Shown one piece after another: positions 28,585-42,058 of a stretch of DNA of 64,000 nucleotides. This DNA is from Eledone cirrhosa. Its lineage: Eukaryota. Position 1 is the first letter of the stretch, and the number at the start of each line of letters is the position of its first letter. Both the position numbers and the translations under genes were made by a program. The stretch is taken from the NCBI GenBank assembly GCA_964016885.1, contig OZ024743.1, positions 198,958,001 to 199,022,000 of the forward strand, read 5' to 3'. The notes below the pieces were generated by a model that saw only the letters and a list, made by a program, of their open reading frames with translations, was not told where the DNA came from and did no database searches.

Positions 28585-29334
28585 GAGAGAGAGAGGGGGA
28601 GAGAGAGAGAGAGGGAGAGGGAGAGAGAGAGGGAGAGAGATATGGAGAGAGAGAATGGAAAAAGGGATGTCGGGCGATGTAAGCATGAGAGCAAATACAG
28701 AAGGTGTGCTTTGTGGCCAGACATTTATGGTATGTATGGTGTGTGTGTGTGTATGTGCGTATGTATGTGTGTGTGAGTGTGTGTGTGTGTGTTTGCAATG
28801 CGTGTACAAATATATGAACATGTTTATGAAAGTGTAAATTTGAATCTTTGTGAAAAATCCACAATTATCAGACGCCTAGGTACATATATACCATAGGTGT
28901 GAGTGATATGTTTAGAGTAACCAATATAAACAGAATAACTCACTGACGTTCTAAAAACTTCTATTATTTAGCTTAATTCACTATGAAATGCACACACACT
29001 AACTTATTTAAATATATTTATGAATATACTTTCATAGGTAATATATATAGAGAGAGGGAGGCCGTGCTGCTGTGAGTGGGGGTACAAATCATGAGTGTAT
29101 TCAATGCATTGGGGAGATGTAGAGTGGTTATAAGGTAGGTATGGACCTGAACGTGAGGCCAAGCGGTGCTCGAAGCCTCTCTGCCCAATGTAGTTTCGTT
29201 CTATTGTTATTTGTGAGTTTTCTGCGTTACTTATTAACATTTCTTTAATCCATTAATTCCCCACATTTCTTTCCGTCGTATTTTGGTGATCTCACTGTAT
29301 CGGTTGTGTCATTTGGCAAGGAAGCTTTCAATAT

Positions 29335-29547
29335 AATGTGCCCCGTGATCAGAATGTGTAACATCCGGACAGTGCTTCCGATGTATATGGTGTCACGTCG
29401 TTTACATGTGACTCTTTAGACTACATATATTCTCATGCACACTTCTGCGTTGTTGATGGGACAGTTAGGAAGTGAGCATATATTGTTGAATGGAGGTATG
29501 GGCCAGTCGAGCAGTCTCCTCGGGGGAGGTGACGAGTGCGTCAGTTG
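29335..29547 (-). pseudogene. GIY-YIG endonuclease remnant of a second, unrelated Penelope-like family
   Basis: Manual translation: QLTHSSPPPRRLL...ICSLPNCPINNAEVCMRIYVV*RVTCKRRDTIYIGSTVRMLHILITGHI, fitting C..CP..C / VV(Y).vtC..(C)..YIGST.R.LH..I.(E)H. Confidence 0.72.
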
Positions 29548-29556
29548 TATGTACAG

Positions 29557-30004
29557 ACATATTAAAATTTAACATATATTTCAAATATAGATACCTGGCA
29601 AAATGTATTTATACTCTTTAGATTTTCTTAAACATGACATCTATATTTTTGAATGCAATATAAATGTGCTCCTAAATATTTTTAGTAGAGTTTTCTACTA
29701 TAGAAACGTTTTGCCTTCTATTTCTAACTGTCGATAAACATATTCATGTCACTGAGACAGCGATAAGGTGCCCTGGATTCTCCAAAACCCACGTGTGTCA
29801 TTCGTCAGTCCCTGTTCTGTATCTTGCTTGTAATTCCAGATAGCTCAATTTTATCATTCGCTGACGATCATTAGATTGGCTATTGAACTACATTATATAT
29901 ATTGCTGAAACATATTCCAAGAGCAATAAAGGAATATATACGAAGGAGTATAAATAATTTTTCCAGGTATCTATATTTGGAGTTTTTGTTAAATTTTGAT
30001 ATGT
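29557..30004. mobile_element. Degenerate MITE / fold-back with ~50-bp imperfect TIRs
   Basis: acatattaaaatttaac..caaatatagatacctggcaaaat versus atttttccaggtatctatatttgg..gttaaattttgatatgt. Confidence 0.55.
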
Positions 30005-30142
30005 TACCTCATGGAAGTATGTGTTCTTACATTCTTTACAGATTATCTCCTGGTAATGTTTGATATGTTATTTTATATATATATATATTTTTTTTTTTTA
30101 AATGACGTAGACAATACAATACAATAAGAGGGAACATAATAA

Positions 30143-30193
30143 TAGTACCACTGATGATGTTGCAGATGTGCAACGAAAGAACTTTGATAGACT
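30143..30193 (+). ncRNA. Degenerate hammerhead-like motif before (TA)n
   Basis: CUGAUGA-u-GUUGCA(gaug)UGCAAC-GAAA is intact, but stems I and III are poorly formed. Confidence 0.4.
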
Positions 30194-30787
30194 ATATATA
30201 TATATATATTTATATCTGAATTTTTAACCGTTGGTCAAACAATGATAAACATTGATTGCCAAATAAATTAACTATGGAGATATAAAAGATACAGAAGCGA
30301 AAACCAACCAAACAGTGAGTGTGTTCTGTTATTATTTCTGGCAATATGACCCTCCCCAAGTATAACAATATTTGTTTTGACACACGATTCCATATCAAAA
30401 CCCTTGCAAAACAAATATATGTATATATATATATATATTTATATACAGAGAGAGAGGGGGGGGAGAAAGAGAGAGAGAGAAAGTAAAAGAGAGAGAGAGA
30501 AAATCAGACAGGAAAGCCAGATGGGAAGAAGTATCGTAGGAAATTATTTCAAGATCTACATAAGTTTCGGAATGAAATGCAAACACTTCAAAGCTCGAAC
30601 AAGCATGTGTATTTAACTGAAGTTAGAACCACTTGAGACCAATTCCACATTGTTAAGTTCCCTTATTCCCACTTAACAGTTTAGACCATAAAATATTCTC
30701 TTGAGATTCTGAGATTCCAAGAAATTAGCTTTTTTTCTGGACAGCAGATCGAATTTCGCATGCGGTTATATATATATTATTATTATT

Positions 30788-30970
30788 GGTGGTGGATTGG
30801 CAGTATCGGTAGAGGTTCTGACGCCATGCTTTGCAGCAAAGAGTTACGGCCCTTTATGGTCTGAGTTCATATCCCGCCGTGGTTAACTTTGCCTTTCATA
30901 CAGGGTCGATACAATAAAGTACCAGTAATGTATTGTTTAATTGCTGGCCTTGTGCCAAAAGTAGAAACAA
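30788..30970 (+). mobile_element. Full-length SINE in (ATT)n
   Basis: A box tggcagtatcggtag, B box gagttcatatccc, tail gtagaaacaattatt. Confidence 0.9.
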
Positions 30971-31207
30971 TTATTATCATTATTATTATTATTGAATACC
31001 ATGGTTGACGGAGGCTCGGCTCTGTAAGGTATAGTAATTTTTAACCGCTATAACAATTGTAAATTGTTTAAAACTTTAACCAAATTGTAGATAAAAATAC
31101 CCTCCTCCTCGTGAGAGGGGTCTTTCTGCCCGTTATTTGGCCCTTTGCGGTTAAATAACCGCTTATTGGGGTTTTGTGCCCAATATTCATTTTAAACAAA
31201 AAAAAAA

Positions 31208-33290
31208 ATGGCTACGAAAAAGAATTTTTCACAAGTCACTCCCACTCATTCCGTCTTCTTCCTCAATCGTCACTACATCAGAGAGAAGATTGTCTCTCTA
31301 CCTCCCTTCTCTAAATGTATCTCTCTCCCTCCCTTCTCTTTCGCAAGCGACGCCATTAAAAAAAAGAAAAATATAGTTTCTGATAGCCTTCACCAAGAGC
31401 ACGTGCATACGGTGGAACATTTCTCCACGACAACGATGAAAAATGTGTGCGGTAAATACGCAAAGCCGTTTGATCCGTCTGACGTCATGAAGAATAGCAG
31501 CAGCAGCCGTAATAAAAGCAGCAGCAGCAACAGTGACAAGGAAAGCACTAGTAGCAACAACATCATCAGCAGCATAAACAACAGCAGCAGCAGCAACAAC
31601 AACAACAACCACAGCAACAGCGGCTGCGGCGGTCGTAGTACCAGCAGCAACAACAAAAGTAACAGCAGCTCTGACGACAACAACAACAAGGAAGAAAAAC
31701 CAATCTCGTTTGCAGGTATCGCAAAGAACCTGGAAACCATCCTTATAACAAATGAGGAATTACAGGAAGCAAAGAAGATGGTGACGAAAACCGGACACCT
31801 AGCAATCTGCAAGGCAGCCGAAAATTTTTCAAAACCCAACAGCACTGTACGGTCACGTACAGTACAGTAAGCACAAAATCCCGTAGGGTTGAAAGAGCCA
31901 CAGAGGCTCAAATACAAAAAGCCTTAGGGTCTGTGTGGCAGCGGAAAACGCATATCAACCGAGGCAAGAAATATTCTTTGCCACACCCCAGGAGGCAAAG
32001 TGACCCTAAGGAGCGAGTAAATGGTGATGGTGCCCGCCTAGTGCGGGCAAAAAATTGTGAGGGTCAAACTGATCCACGTCCTTCCCCGGGATGGCCCCTT
32101 CTTGGCTGGCCGCGTCTGTCCTCGTCGGAATCAAGGACAAAACAACTGTACTGCAAGTACACAAAAAAGTACGAGAAGATTGGGTCAGCAACACCATTGA
32201 GATGTTAATCCAAACCAACCAGGAGTGCATCGAAACTATCCCGGATGTGATAGACTTCGATAACGGCACTCAACTGCCCATAAGTGTTGAGGGCAAACGC
32301 CCGAAATGCTTTCGCTGTGGATCGAAGACTCACCTCAGGGCCTTCTGCAATGAGAAGACCCTGAAAAAGGAGAAAACCCTCCTCGTTCCGAAACAGGCTC
32401 CACTGCTAGCAGCAACAGAACAGGCGGCAACCAGGAAGGATAGGTCCGTGGTACCCATACCCACGCCACGGAAATCAAGAACAGCAGCAGAAGTGGAAGT
32501 ATTAACAACAACAACAGTAAAACCAACTGCAGCTGCAGCAGTGACTCCACTGCAAACATCACCAACAACAACAAGCGAAAGAGTGGAGCTGGTACCCCTC
32601 CCCGACCTCACAGAATCGAACATGGAGTGTGAGGTGGGAGATGGATGCAAAAAGGTCGCAAGAAGGCACAAACGCAGAAGCAGCACATCGTCGCCTTCGA
32701 AAAGGGAGGAAAGAAATGAAAAAAGGGTAAAGGCTACTGCAAAGAGACATACAGCAGCGACACCACAACACCATCACCACCTACACTAGCACCACCATCA
32801 CCACCGGCGGCAACCCCACCGCCAACTACAACAACACCTTCAACACCACCACCACAGGCACCAACATCGCAAACACAGCAACAAAACTCACACACCCAGC
32901 AACAATGACAAGAATATAGCAGAACCACACCCCACCCCCAGAAAAACAAATGCACAGCAATAAATACACACAAGAAAGTAATGACTTACATAATTGAACA
33001 CACAGACATTTCACAGCACGACTACATAATACCAGCACCAATCAAAACACCAACGAACATAAGACTGCTAAAAAATATCACAGAAACAATACACAAACAT
33101 TAAAACGAAATTCCCCAACGCAGTTGGTGATTTCAGAGACCTAGAAGGGACACTCAACCGGAGAGTATATTCGGATATACTCACAGAAGAGCCGACGACC
33201 AGCCGAGGGGACGATACAACGGCCCCTTCACGAGACGATCAAGTGAAAAGGGATTGAGAAACCATCCTTCTTCTACGAGAAGTAAGGTAA
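31208..33290 (+). pseudogene. Tx1 copy A ORF1 (nucleic-acid-binding, zinc knuckle), frameshifted
   Basis: ORF pieces 31208-31870 and 32091-32789 contain VEGKRPKCFRCGSKTHLRAFC (CX2CX4HX4C), low-complexity S/N and P/T tracts, and a basic stretch. Confidence 0.8.
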
Positions 33291-33324
33291 GTGGTCTTTC
33301 CCATCTTTTCTACTCCATTTCAAC

Positions 33325-36300
33325 ATGACCTCACTCAATAGGCAGCATAAATGCGCGTGGTTTGGGGTCGTCATGGAAGCAGGGCCACCTGGTCAACGAC
33401 CTTAGGTCACTAAACATAGATGTAGTGGCCATCAGCGAATCCATAATCTCCGAAGCACGGGCCTTCGCACCGATTTTCGGCGGCTACGATGTGTACGCAT
33501 CTCCCAACCGTCCGGGATCGGGGGGTGGAGTTGCTGTGCTTTTTCGGAGAGGTTTGGATCTCGCCATACGGGCCATCTTCCTGGACCCAGAAGGTAAGTT
33601 GGTGGTGCTGGACGTGACCAGTGGAGACGGGCAAGCTTTCAGGCTAGTGGCCGTCTATGCCCCGACAGGAGCAGGGCGGCCTGATTTCTTCCGGCGTCTA
33701 GAGACCTTTCTTGGAACGTCCTGCTCTTGGTGTTAGTGGGCGACTGGAACGGGATCTTAGATGCACGCTGGGACTGTGTGGGATTAGCGGATAGGAGAGG
33801 ATGGTGCAAGAGCCTCACCAACATGCTCAGGCGTTTTAAACTGTCTGACAGGTACCGATTGGATTTCCCGAATGTGCCAATATGGACTTGGACAAACCGC
33901 ATAGGGTCATCCAGATCATATCTAGATAGAGTATTTTGTAGGGAAATAGATTGGCTGTCCACAATTCAAGATAGTCAGCTACACGGACCACAAATTCGTG
34001 ATCTGTGTGCTTGACTTAGATAGGCTTCATAGACGAGGACCCGGCTACTGGAAGCTAAACACGTCCTTACCAGCGCGCAAGGCCTACAGAGACCGGATTA
34101 GCGAACTAGTTAAGCGGGCGTTGACGGGGGCCATCGTCAACAACAAGTGGTGGTTTGCTCTGAAAAGAGCGATTAGAATAGAGACCATTAGGTTTAGTAA
34201 GGCATTAGCAATAGAGAAAAATAGAGCAGAGGGAGAACTAGTTAGAAAATTAGACGAGGCGCTTAGCAAAGGCATCGCGACCGACGTACTTGCGGCGAAA
34301 TTGGCCCTTGACCAATTCTTCAATGCAAAGCACGAAGGCTGCGTTTTCAGAGCTAGGGTGCGTGCTCGCAGACACGAGGGGACGAAAGCCATTCAATGGG
34401 CCCGATTGGCAGAGGCGCGTCGTGGCAACAAAGCCACGATCCGGTCTTTGGTGGAACGACGGGCGCATGCTACTCGATTCCGAGCAAATGTGTGAAGCTT
34501 TTCAGCGACAGTTCGCTCAGATGTTCGGGGGCAGCGGCGGGCCGGTTCGATGGATGGACTTTAGTGTCTACCTCGACGGACTGCCGCGGCTCTCGGCCAC
34601 TGAGGCGGAGTGTTGCCAAAAGCAGATAACAGCCGCTGAAGTACGGGAAGCAATGACTGGCTGCACAAGGTATAAATCGCCTGGTTTGGATGGTCTGCCC
34701 TATGAACTTTACGTACAGATGCCAGACTTGTTCGGAGGCCTCTTGGCGGACGTCTACTGCAACTGGCAACAGAACGGGATAATTCCGAGCTCTGTGAGCC
34801 GAGGAGCGGTGGCGCTGCTGAGAAAGAATCCGAACAAAGGGGATAACATATATAATTTCAGGCCCATAACTCTGCTAAACACAGAGTTCAATATTTTGGT
34901 CAAGGATCTAGTAAAAGGTTGGCGCTTGTCGTTGGTGGTCTGGTGGGATAGGCGCAGACATGCGCCATTCCCGACAGATCCATCCACGACTACCTCCACC
35001 TCATGCGATACATCGTAGAGAGAGTAGCTAGGGAACCTGGCACGGGTGGGTCCTTGATCAATTTAGATCAGTCGAAAGCTTTCGATAGGGTCGACCATCG
35101 TTACCTAGCGGCAGTCTTGAGGGTGGCTGTCTTTGGGCCCGTCTTCAGAGGCTGCATCGCTGCCATGCACAGCGACATCTGCTCTGTGGTGAGAGTGAAC
35201 GGTCACCTCTCGGAACCGTTCAACATCATGCGCTTGGTCCGCCAAGGTGTCGCCTCTCGTCCCTCATGTACGTATTGACTCTCGAGCCATTATTGCACAA
35301 ACTGGAGACGTTGAGGGGGCGTCCCGCGCGAACTAGAATGCGGAAGATCCGTGTCAGCATATGCGGACGATGTCACCGTAGTGGTGTCGAACGCCAAACA
35401 CATCGAGGCGATCGGCACTACACTAAGAGAATACGAAGCGTTGACAGGAGCAATGATCAACCAGGAAATGTCAGTGGGCCTGCAGCTCGGCACCTGGAGA
35501 GGTAGGTCCATGCCGTCCAACAGCGTAGTCGGGCGCTGGACGGACGGACCGGTTAAATTGCTAGTAGTCTGGTTCTGTCCGGACCTCCAGACGGACAAAA
35601 TCTGGGACGAAGTGACAAGCAGGGTGGCTTCACTCACCCAGAAATGGGCAGAGAGGAAGCTATCCCTGAAAGGTCGAGCCGAGGTGACTAACGCGTACAT
35701 CGCGTCCGTCATCTACTACCGCCTGGCCGTCGTACCTTGTCCTAACCCTCCCCTGACTGCGCTGGAGCGTTTCCTCTTTCGCTTTTTGTGGAAGGGACGC
35801 GCTGCGATGGTCAGGCGGTCCATCTGCTGTCAACACCCGCTACGTGGCGGGATGGGCATGCCGTGGCTGATGATGCGCAGACACGCGCTCAGGCTACGAC
35901 ATCTCCACCTCTTCCTCGACGGTAATCAGGTGTTGTCTCCGTTTGCTAGACGCGTCTTTCCCCAGCTCGTCTCTTTGACGGCGCTGCAGTCCTGGGTCAA
36001 GCGAAGACCGAGAGGGAGCGCTTGGAGACTGGAATGTCTTCAGGGGCTCACAGCCTTCGACCAATCGGGCAATGTGATCGGTGGAAACTCCACCTTGGCG
36101 TTCTATAGGGGATTAGTGGAGGGAAAGTGCGACGACGTACATGGGGAAACTCTAGGCGTCGATGAAAATCAACTAGCCAATCTCTTCAGTTCAGGATAAA
36201 CTCTACAGGCATTAAGGTGCCATCAGCCGGGCATGTCCGAGATGCGCGCAGGGCGACGAAACCTTCCTGCAGGCACTCGTCCAGTGTCCGAGCATTGCTG

Positions 36301-36653
36301 ACTTGTGGGTTTATTTCGAACACCTGCTGTCGCGTGTAGGACGGATCCAGCTATCAGCTGAGTCCATCGTGAGGATTTCCCCGCCATCTTCCTTTAGCCG
36401 AGAAGGGCAGGGAGTTTTTATCTGTCTGGTGGCCATGGCGAAAGAAATAGTATGGTGGACACGTTTGAAAGGGCTGAAGACGAGCACTTACCTCTTCGGT
36501 GATGCCCTGATCAACTTTTTCAAATTTCATTTAAAAAGGAAAATCAGGGTAGAGAGGGAAGTGCTCTCTTCCCAGCATTTTGTTGAAAGATGGGTGAGAG
36601 AGGTAAGAATGGCCCGAGTGAATGGGCGTACTCTAAGTATGTCTGTAAATTAA
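33325..36653 (+). pseudogene. Tx1 copy A ORF2 (APE endonuclease + reverse transcriptase + CCHC), multiple frameshifts
   Basis: Motifs GGVAVLF, VYAP, GDWN, LDRVF, GPGYWKLN, SPGLDGLP, RPITLLN, LDQSKAFDRV, AYADD, GGMG and CPRC...VQC. Confidence 0.92.
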
Positions 36654-36903
36654 AGGTGGAAAACTGGGAGAGGGCACTTGCCCAGGTGGTCAGGGTCACT
36701 GTGGCTTTTTAATGGGCTTTCTCCACGAATGTCCCTCGGAAGTCTCCTCCCTATTGGGGAATTCTTTTCATTGTTCTATTATTACATCCTCTGATTTTTT
36801 GTTATTTTACACGCAGAAATGCCCATTTGTACCGTCCGGTATTGTCCTTTACTGTCTGTCCTTAATGTCTACTTTATGTAAATCCTTGTGGTTAATAAAG
36901 AAA

Positions 36904-37038
36904 GCATAGTTACGTCCCTTTACGATCTGAGTTCAAATTCCGTCGAAGTTTCTTTGCCTTTCATCCCTACGGGGTCGATAAAATAAAGTACCAGTAATGC
37001 ACTGGGTATTTGCTGGCCTTGTGCCTAAAGTAGAAACA

Positions 37039-37040
<2 letters not shown>
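36904..37040 (+). mobile_element. SINE (5'-truncated) at the Tx1-A 3' end
   Basis: Joined via agcat microhomology; ends gtagaaaca(att)n. Confidence 0.88.
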
Positions 37041-37071
<31 letters not shown>

Positions 37072-37073
<2 letters not shown>

Positions 37074-39800
37074 AGTTGCATTTATCTTGCTTTATGTTCA
37101 TACGAGTTATCACCAAGTCACGACCAGTGACCTCAAGAGACAACAATGTCCGCCATGTTCAAGAAAGTACATACATACACACACATGCATCTTTAGGTGA
37201 TGTACTTATGTTGATAGAATCTTCCTTAGTATATGGGCAGTTCCCATCAGTACTATCTTTTGCATTTCTCCTATACGCGGTTTTCCTGGGATTTGCGATA
37301 AGTAATCATTAGACCCCTTAGGTATCATTCCTAGAGCGCCTACAACCACTGGTATTGTTTTAGTTCTCAATTTATACATTTTTCCAATTTCCATCTCCAG
37401 GTCCTCATACTTGCTTAATTTTTCAAATGTTTTTATAGATACATTCGTGTCTATTGGAACGAACATATCAATTAGCAGGCATACCCTCTTTTTAAAGTCC
37501 TTCAGTATTATTTCAGGTCTATTTGCATCTATTTTTCGGTCTGTTTGGATGCTAAAGTTCCACGAGATTGAGATGTAATCTTTTTCAAGTATGGGAGGTG
37601 GTTGATGCTCCCACCAATTCTTTTGACGGGGCAGGTCAAAATGCTTACACATTATCCAATGTATGTATTGTGTCTGTCATGCCTGTTTAGGTATTCGGTT
37701 GGATCTATAGGACTGCACATTGAAATTATATGATCAATGGTCTCTAGTTGTTTTTTACATGCACTGCATAATGGGTTGCATCCATTTTTTATTATGTTGG
37801 CTTGGTAATTTTTTGTTGGCAGACACTGATCTTGTGCTGATATAATCAGTCCTTCAGTCTCCGATTTCAGTCCAGAGGATGCCAACCACTGATGGGTTAA
37901 AGTTTTGTCAACATCAGGATTGTTATCTCTTTCTGGGTATTTTCCATACAGAAGCTTTTCTTGCCATTTCTTAGCCAGTTTCTGTAGCAGTTCTTTCTTT
38001 GCAGTTACTTTTACCTGCTTTGCTTTTTCTGTGTTTTCCATTTCAGCAGTAAATGGGACTTCTGAAAATTATAGTCCATTACTCTATCTTTGTGCATCTT
38101 TTGTAATGGAGTATGATCTTTTGATGCTTTCGTGTTTCAAAACGAGTTTGATCATCCAATCATGTGATTCCCTTAGATATGTAGATAATACAATTGTTGC
38201 AGTTTTCAACGCAATATCTAAGTGGATTAACCCACGTCCTCCTTCTTTCCTAGGGAGATATATTCTATCTGTATCTGCCTCAGGGTGATGCATTCTGTGC
38301 ATGGTTAAGAATTTTCTAATTTTTGTATCGAGCCTACGGATCTCTGTGCTTGACCAGTTGATGACATTGTAACTGTAGGTTACTACTGGTATGGCAAGCG
38401 TGTTTATGGCATCGATCCTATTCTTTGCATTCAATTCCGTTCTTAAGATTGCTCTTACTCTGCGGTAACATTCCTTCCTTATCCTTTCCCTCATTGTCGA
38501 GTGCTTGATTCCATCTCCTTCACAAACACCCAGATATTTGTAAGTTTCCTCTTGATCAAGTTCTCTTATCACATTCCCCCGATCAAGATTAATGTCTGAA
38601 ATTTTCAGCAGCTTTCCACTGGTGAACGTTGCTTTGGCGCATTTATCTAGTCCAAACTCCATTTTAATGTCATCACTGAACTGCTCCACAGTGGATAATA
38701 GCCCTTGCAATTGTTCATCACTTTTTGCAAATAGTTTCAGGTCATCCATGTAGAACAAGTGATTAATGGTTTTGTCATTGACTTTATATCCATGTTTTGT
38801 TTCATTGAGCATTTTACTTAATGGTATAAGTGCGATGCAGAATAAAAGCGGTGATAAAGAGACACCCTGAAAAATTCCACAATTAATATTAACTTCTCCA
38901 GCTTCCAGTGATTCCTTTTCACTATTCAAAAGGAGTGTCGTTTTCCATGACTTCATACTGAATGACAAGAACCTCCTGACAACAGGAGATATTTTGAAAA
39001 TCTTTAAACATTTTTCAATCCAACTGTGTGGCAAACTATCGAATGCTTTTTTATCCAAGCAATTGATAGATTTTTGTGTCTATTATGACAATCTTCCAGT
39101 ATCATTTTGTTAACCAAAAGCTGATCCTTACAGCCATATGAGCCTCGTTTATTGGGAAATAGGTCATTTGTTATCAGGTGGTCATATGTATATTCAGTTA
39201 GGACTGATGTTAAAATTTTTTACATTGCGGTCAAGTAAGTTATCGGTCTGTAATTTTTGGGATTGTTTGTCTCATCATTCTTCGGAAGCAGGAATGTAAT
39301 GCCGTTAACTAGCCATTATGGTATCTTTTCTGGCTCCTTAACTATTTCATTGTAAAGTTGGGCTAACAGCTCATGAGACTCTGTGAAGGCATTTATCCAG
39401 AAATTTGGTATTTTGTCTTTTCTTGGGGATTTCCATTTGCTGTTTTTTCTAAGAACCAAACACATCTGTTCAACTGTTATATTTTCCCATATTTGTTCCT
39501 CAAGGTGAGCTTTATCTTTCATTTGTCTGTCTATCCCTTTGGCATGTATATTATGGACTTTTTCTTCGGCCCAGATTTTTTCCCAGAATTCTTGCACTTC
39601 CTCCTTGGGTGGTATTGATTTAGCAGTTATTGTTGACTTGCCAATTTTTCTGTAGAAGTTTCTTTGGTTGTTTTTGAACATATTATTGACCTTATAGAAT
39701 CTAGATCGTTTTTTAAAGCGCCTTATACGAGCAGCTTTGGCCGACACTTTTTGCTTGATTATTTCTATCAGCATGTCTATGTCACTTGTTGATTTTATAC
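37072..39800 (-). mobile_element. R4/Dong-clade non-LTR retrotransposon (RT + restriction-like endonuclease), 5'-truncated
   Basis: Flanked on both sides by (TAA)n in its own orientation, matching the known TAA-repeat targeting of Dong elements. The 3'UTR is 37072-37205. Confidence 0.9.
37206..39790 (-). pseudogene. Dong/R4 RT-CCHC-RLE polyprotein, frameshifted
   Basis: Motifs WKSPRKD.IPNFW, KKAFDSLPH, GIFQGVSLSPLLF, HLFYMDDLKLF, YKYLG, YLPRKEGGRGL, AQDQCLPT, CSAC..ETIDHIISMC, RHD, NRPEII..ID..P..EKLSKY and PVVVGALG. Confidence 0.93.
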
Positions 39801-39852
<52 letters not shown>

Positions 39853-40065
39853 GGCGACCTACGTAGTAAATCGTATCATCGTGAGCTCCGCAAAGGTTTG
39901 TTGTTTTCGTTTGTTTAAAATTGCCATTTATGGAAATGTTTTATTGTTAACTGTATATAAGTGCACATACATTGTTTTCCGAAAAGGACACTCAAAAAGA
40001 TTGGGCCTTGAGCCCAAAATTTAAACTTTTATAATTATTAAAAAAAAACTTTCTTTTAAAATGAC

Positions 40066-40569
40066 GTGGATGACTCACAGCCACACGAAGCTGACAGCCT
40101 TCCTCACAAACTAACACCTCAGACCGACACCACCATTGTAAATATTACTACGTTTGCCAACACTAAAAATATAAGCAGTAGCAATATTTTTAATTTGTCT
40201 AAGGCAGGCATTTATTTCCCGCCATTACCAATGACTAGAGGTGTTAAAGCCGCCAACCCCACCACCACCACCACCACCACAGCGACAACAGAAACAAAAG
40301 AAAGAAAGAAATTAACTCGTGATATCAAAATGAATTCAACCAAAATGAACTCTTCCACACCGAACACCACTGACGCCACCACCACCACCACAACTGAAAC
40401 TAAAATTAATAATAACAAAAATAACGATAACAACAACAGCAACAATGAAATTAAGAAAACCATCCTGAGTTTTGCCAGAGTAGCAAAATAGGGCGAAGCA
40501 TTTCAGGTAACTCAGGAGGAATTAGAAGAAGCCAAAAAAATGGTAAAGAAAGATGGGTACAGGGTCAGC

Positions 40570-40600
<31 letters not shown>

Positions 40601-42024
40601 CTAATAAAATGGAGCATCGGCGCCTATGCACCGCGTCTTATCGAAAAATTAATATAAAATCGCGCCGAGTGGAACCGGCATCCGAGTCCCAAATCCAAAA
40701 ATCTTTGGGACATGTGTGGGCAAAAACCCCCACATCAGACGTGGGCAGAAATATGGAACCGTGGACGTGTTCTTTGAAACACCACAGGAGGCTAGAGAAC
40801 ACTCCATGGCCCCATTAAGAAGTGACGACTTCACACTCGTCCCAAGCTATTGTGGCCAGAGACTCGTAAAGATCAGGGTGACCCACGTTCCACAGGCCAT
40901 CGAAATTCCCTGGCTAATAGCTGCCGTCCTCGCGGACATCGAAGCCAACACCAAGATAATCGAAATAGCGAAAGAAAAGCAGGTCCGGATCTGGGATGGA
41001 ACTCCTGATCCAAGCGGACCAAAAAAGCATTGAGGAGATCCCAGAGGTAATAAACCTCACTGACGGCAGCCACCTCACCGTAATTGTCGAGGGCAGAAGG
41101 CCTAGGTGTGTCGTTTGTGGTGAAGGAACCCACCTAAGGGCTTTCTGCCCTCAGGCTAAAAGGTTGAAGCCACCTCTCCTACCCACTCCAGTGACTCAAC
41201 CATCAACACCACCAGCAGCAGAGATGGCAGCAACAACTGAAGCAGCAACAACAGAAGCAACTGTAACAGCAACAACCCCAGCAACAGTAGCAAAACCAAC
41301 ACCACCACCACCCAACGTGACAGAACTAGCACCAGCGCCTACACCAGCCACTACGCCACAACCAAAACAAACGCCTGTGGAGGATTTTCTACTCCCCGAC
41401 CTATCACAACTGGAGACTGATTGTGAGGACGAGAAGTGGGAAACGGTATCAGGAAAAAAGAAAAAAAGAAACCAAAAAAGAAAAAATTCTCTTCCTTCCC
41501 CCTCCAAAAACAAAATACAGAAGGAAACAAATAAACTATCAAACAAAAAAGTTTGGACAGATATGCCACCATCCACACCAGCATCACCAACCCCATCACC
41601 CCAAACACCAACACCATCACCATCATTTACCCCAACACCACCATCACCTACACCACAAAAGTCACCAAAAAGCGAAACAGAAACAAACCCTCAACAAACA
41701 CAAACAAAACAAAACAACAAAAAAGATACACACTACACAGCATTAAATTTGAACAACAACCAATTATTACACTACATCCAACGCAACACCAGCATCACAG
41801 AAAAAGACTACACAACAACCCAAAAGTTCACACCTCCTCCACTCATACAAATCACTCGCATCACACAGAAAACGTACATGACACTAAAACAAAAATTCAC
41901 CAAAGACATCGGAGACTTCCGACAAGCACTCTCCAGGTGGATTTATAAGGACATCCTTCCTGAGGAGGCCACAGGCAGTGAAAAGGATGGAGAAACCGTC
42001 CTTCCTCTACGAGCAGTAAGGTAA
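40066..42024 (+). pseudogene. Tx1 copy B ORF1 (zinc knuckle), frameshifted
   Basis: Pieces 40066-40491, 40540-40818, 40716-41033 and 40996-42024 contain VEGRRPRCVVCGEGTHLRAFC. The start codon is uncertain. Confidence 0.8.
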
Positions 42025-42058
42025 GTGGTCTTTCCCATTATTTCCAATCTATTTCGAC

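Larger units (their letters stand above)
30993..36906 (+). mobile_element. L1/Tx1-clade non-LTR retrotransposon, copy A (apparently full length, decayed)
   Basis: 5'UTR, ORF1 with CCHC knuckle, ORF2 APE-RT-CCHC, and 3'UTR ending ccttgtggttaataaagaaagc. Starts directly after (att)n. Confidence 0.92.
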
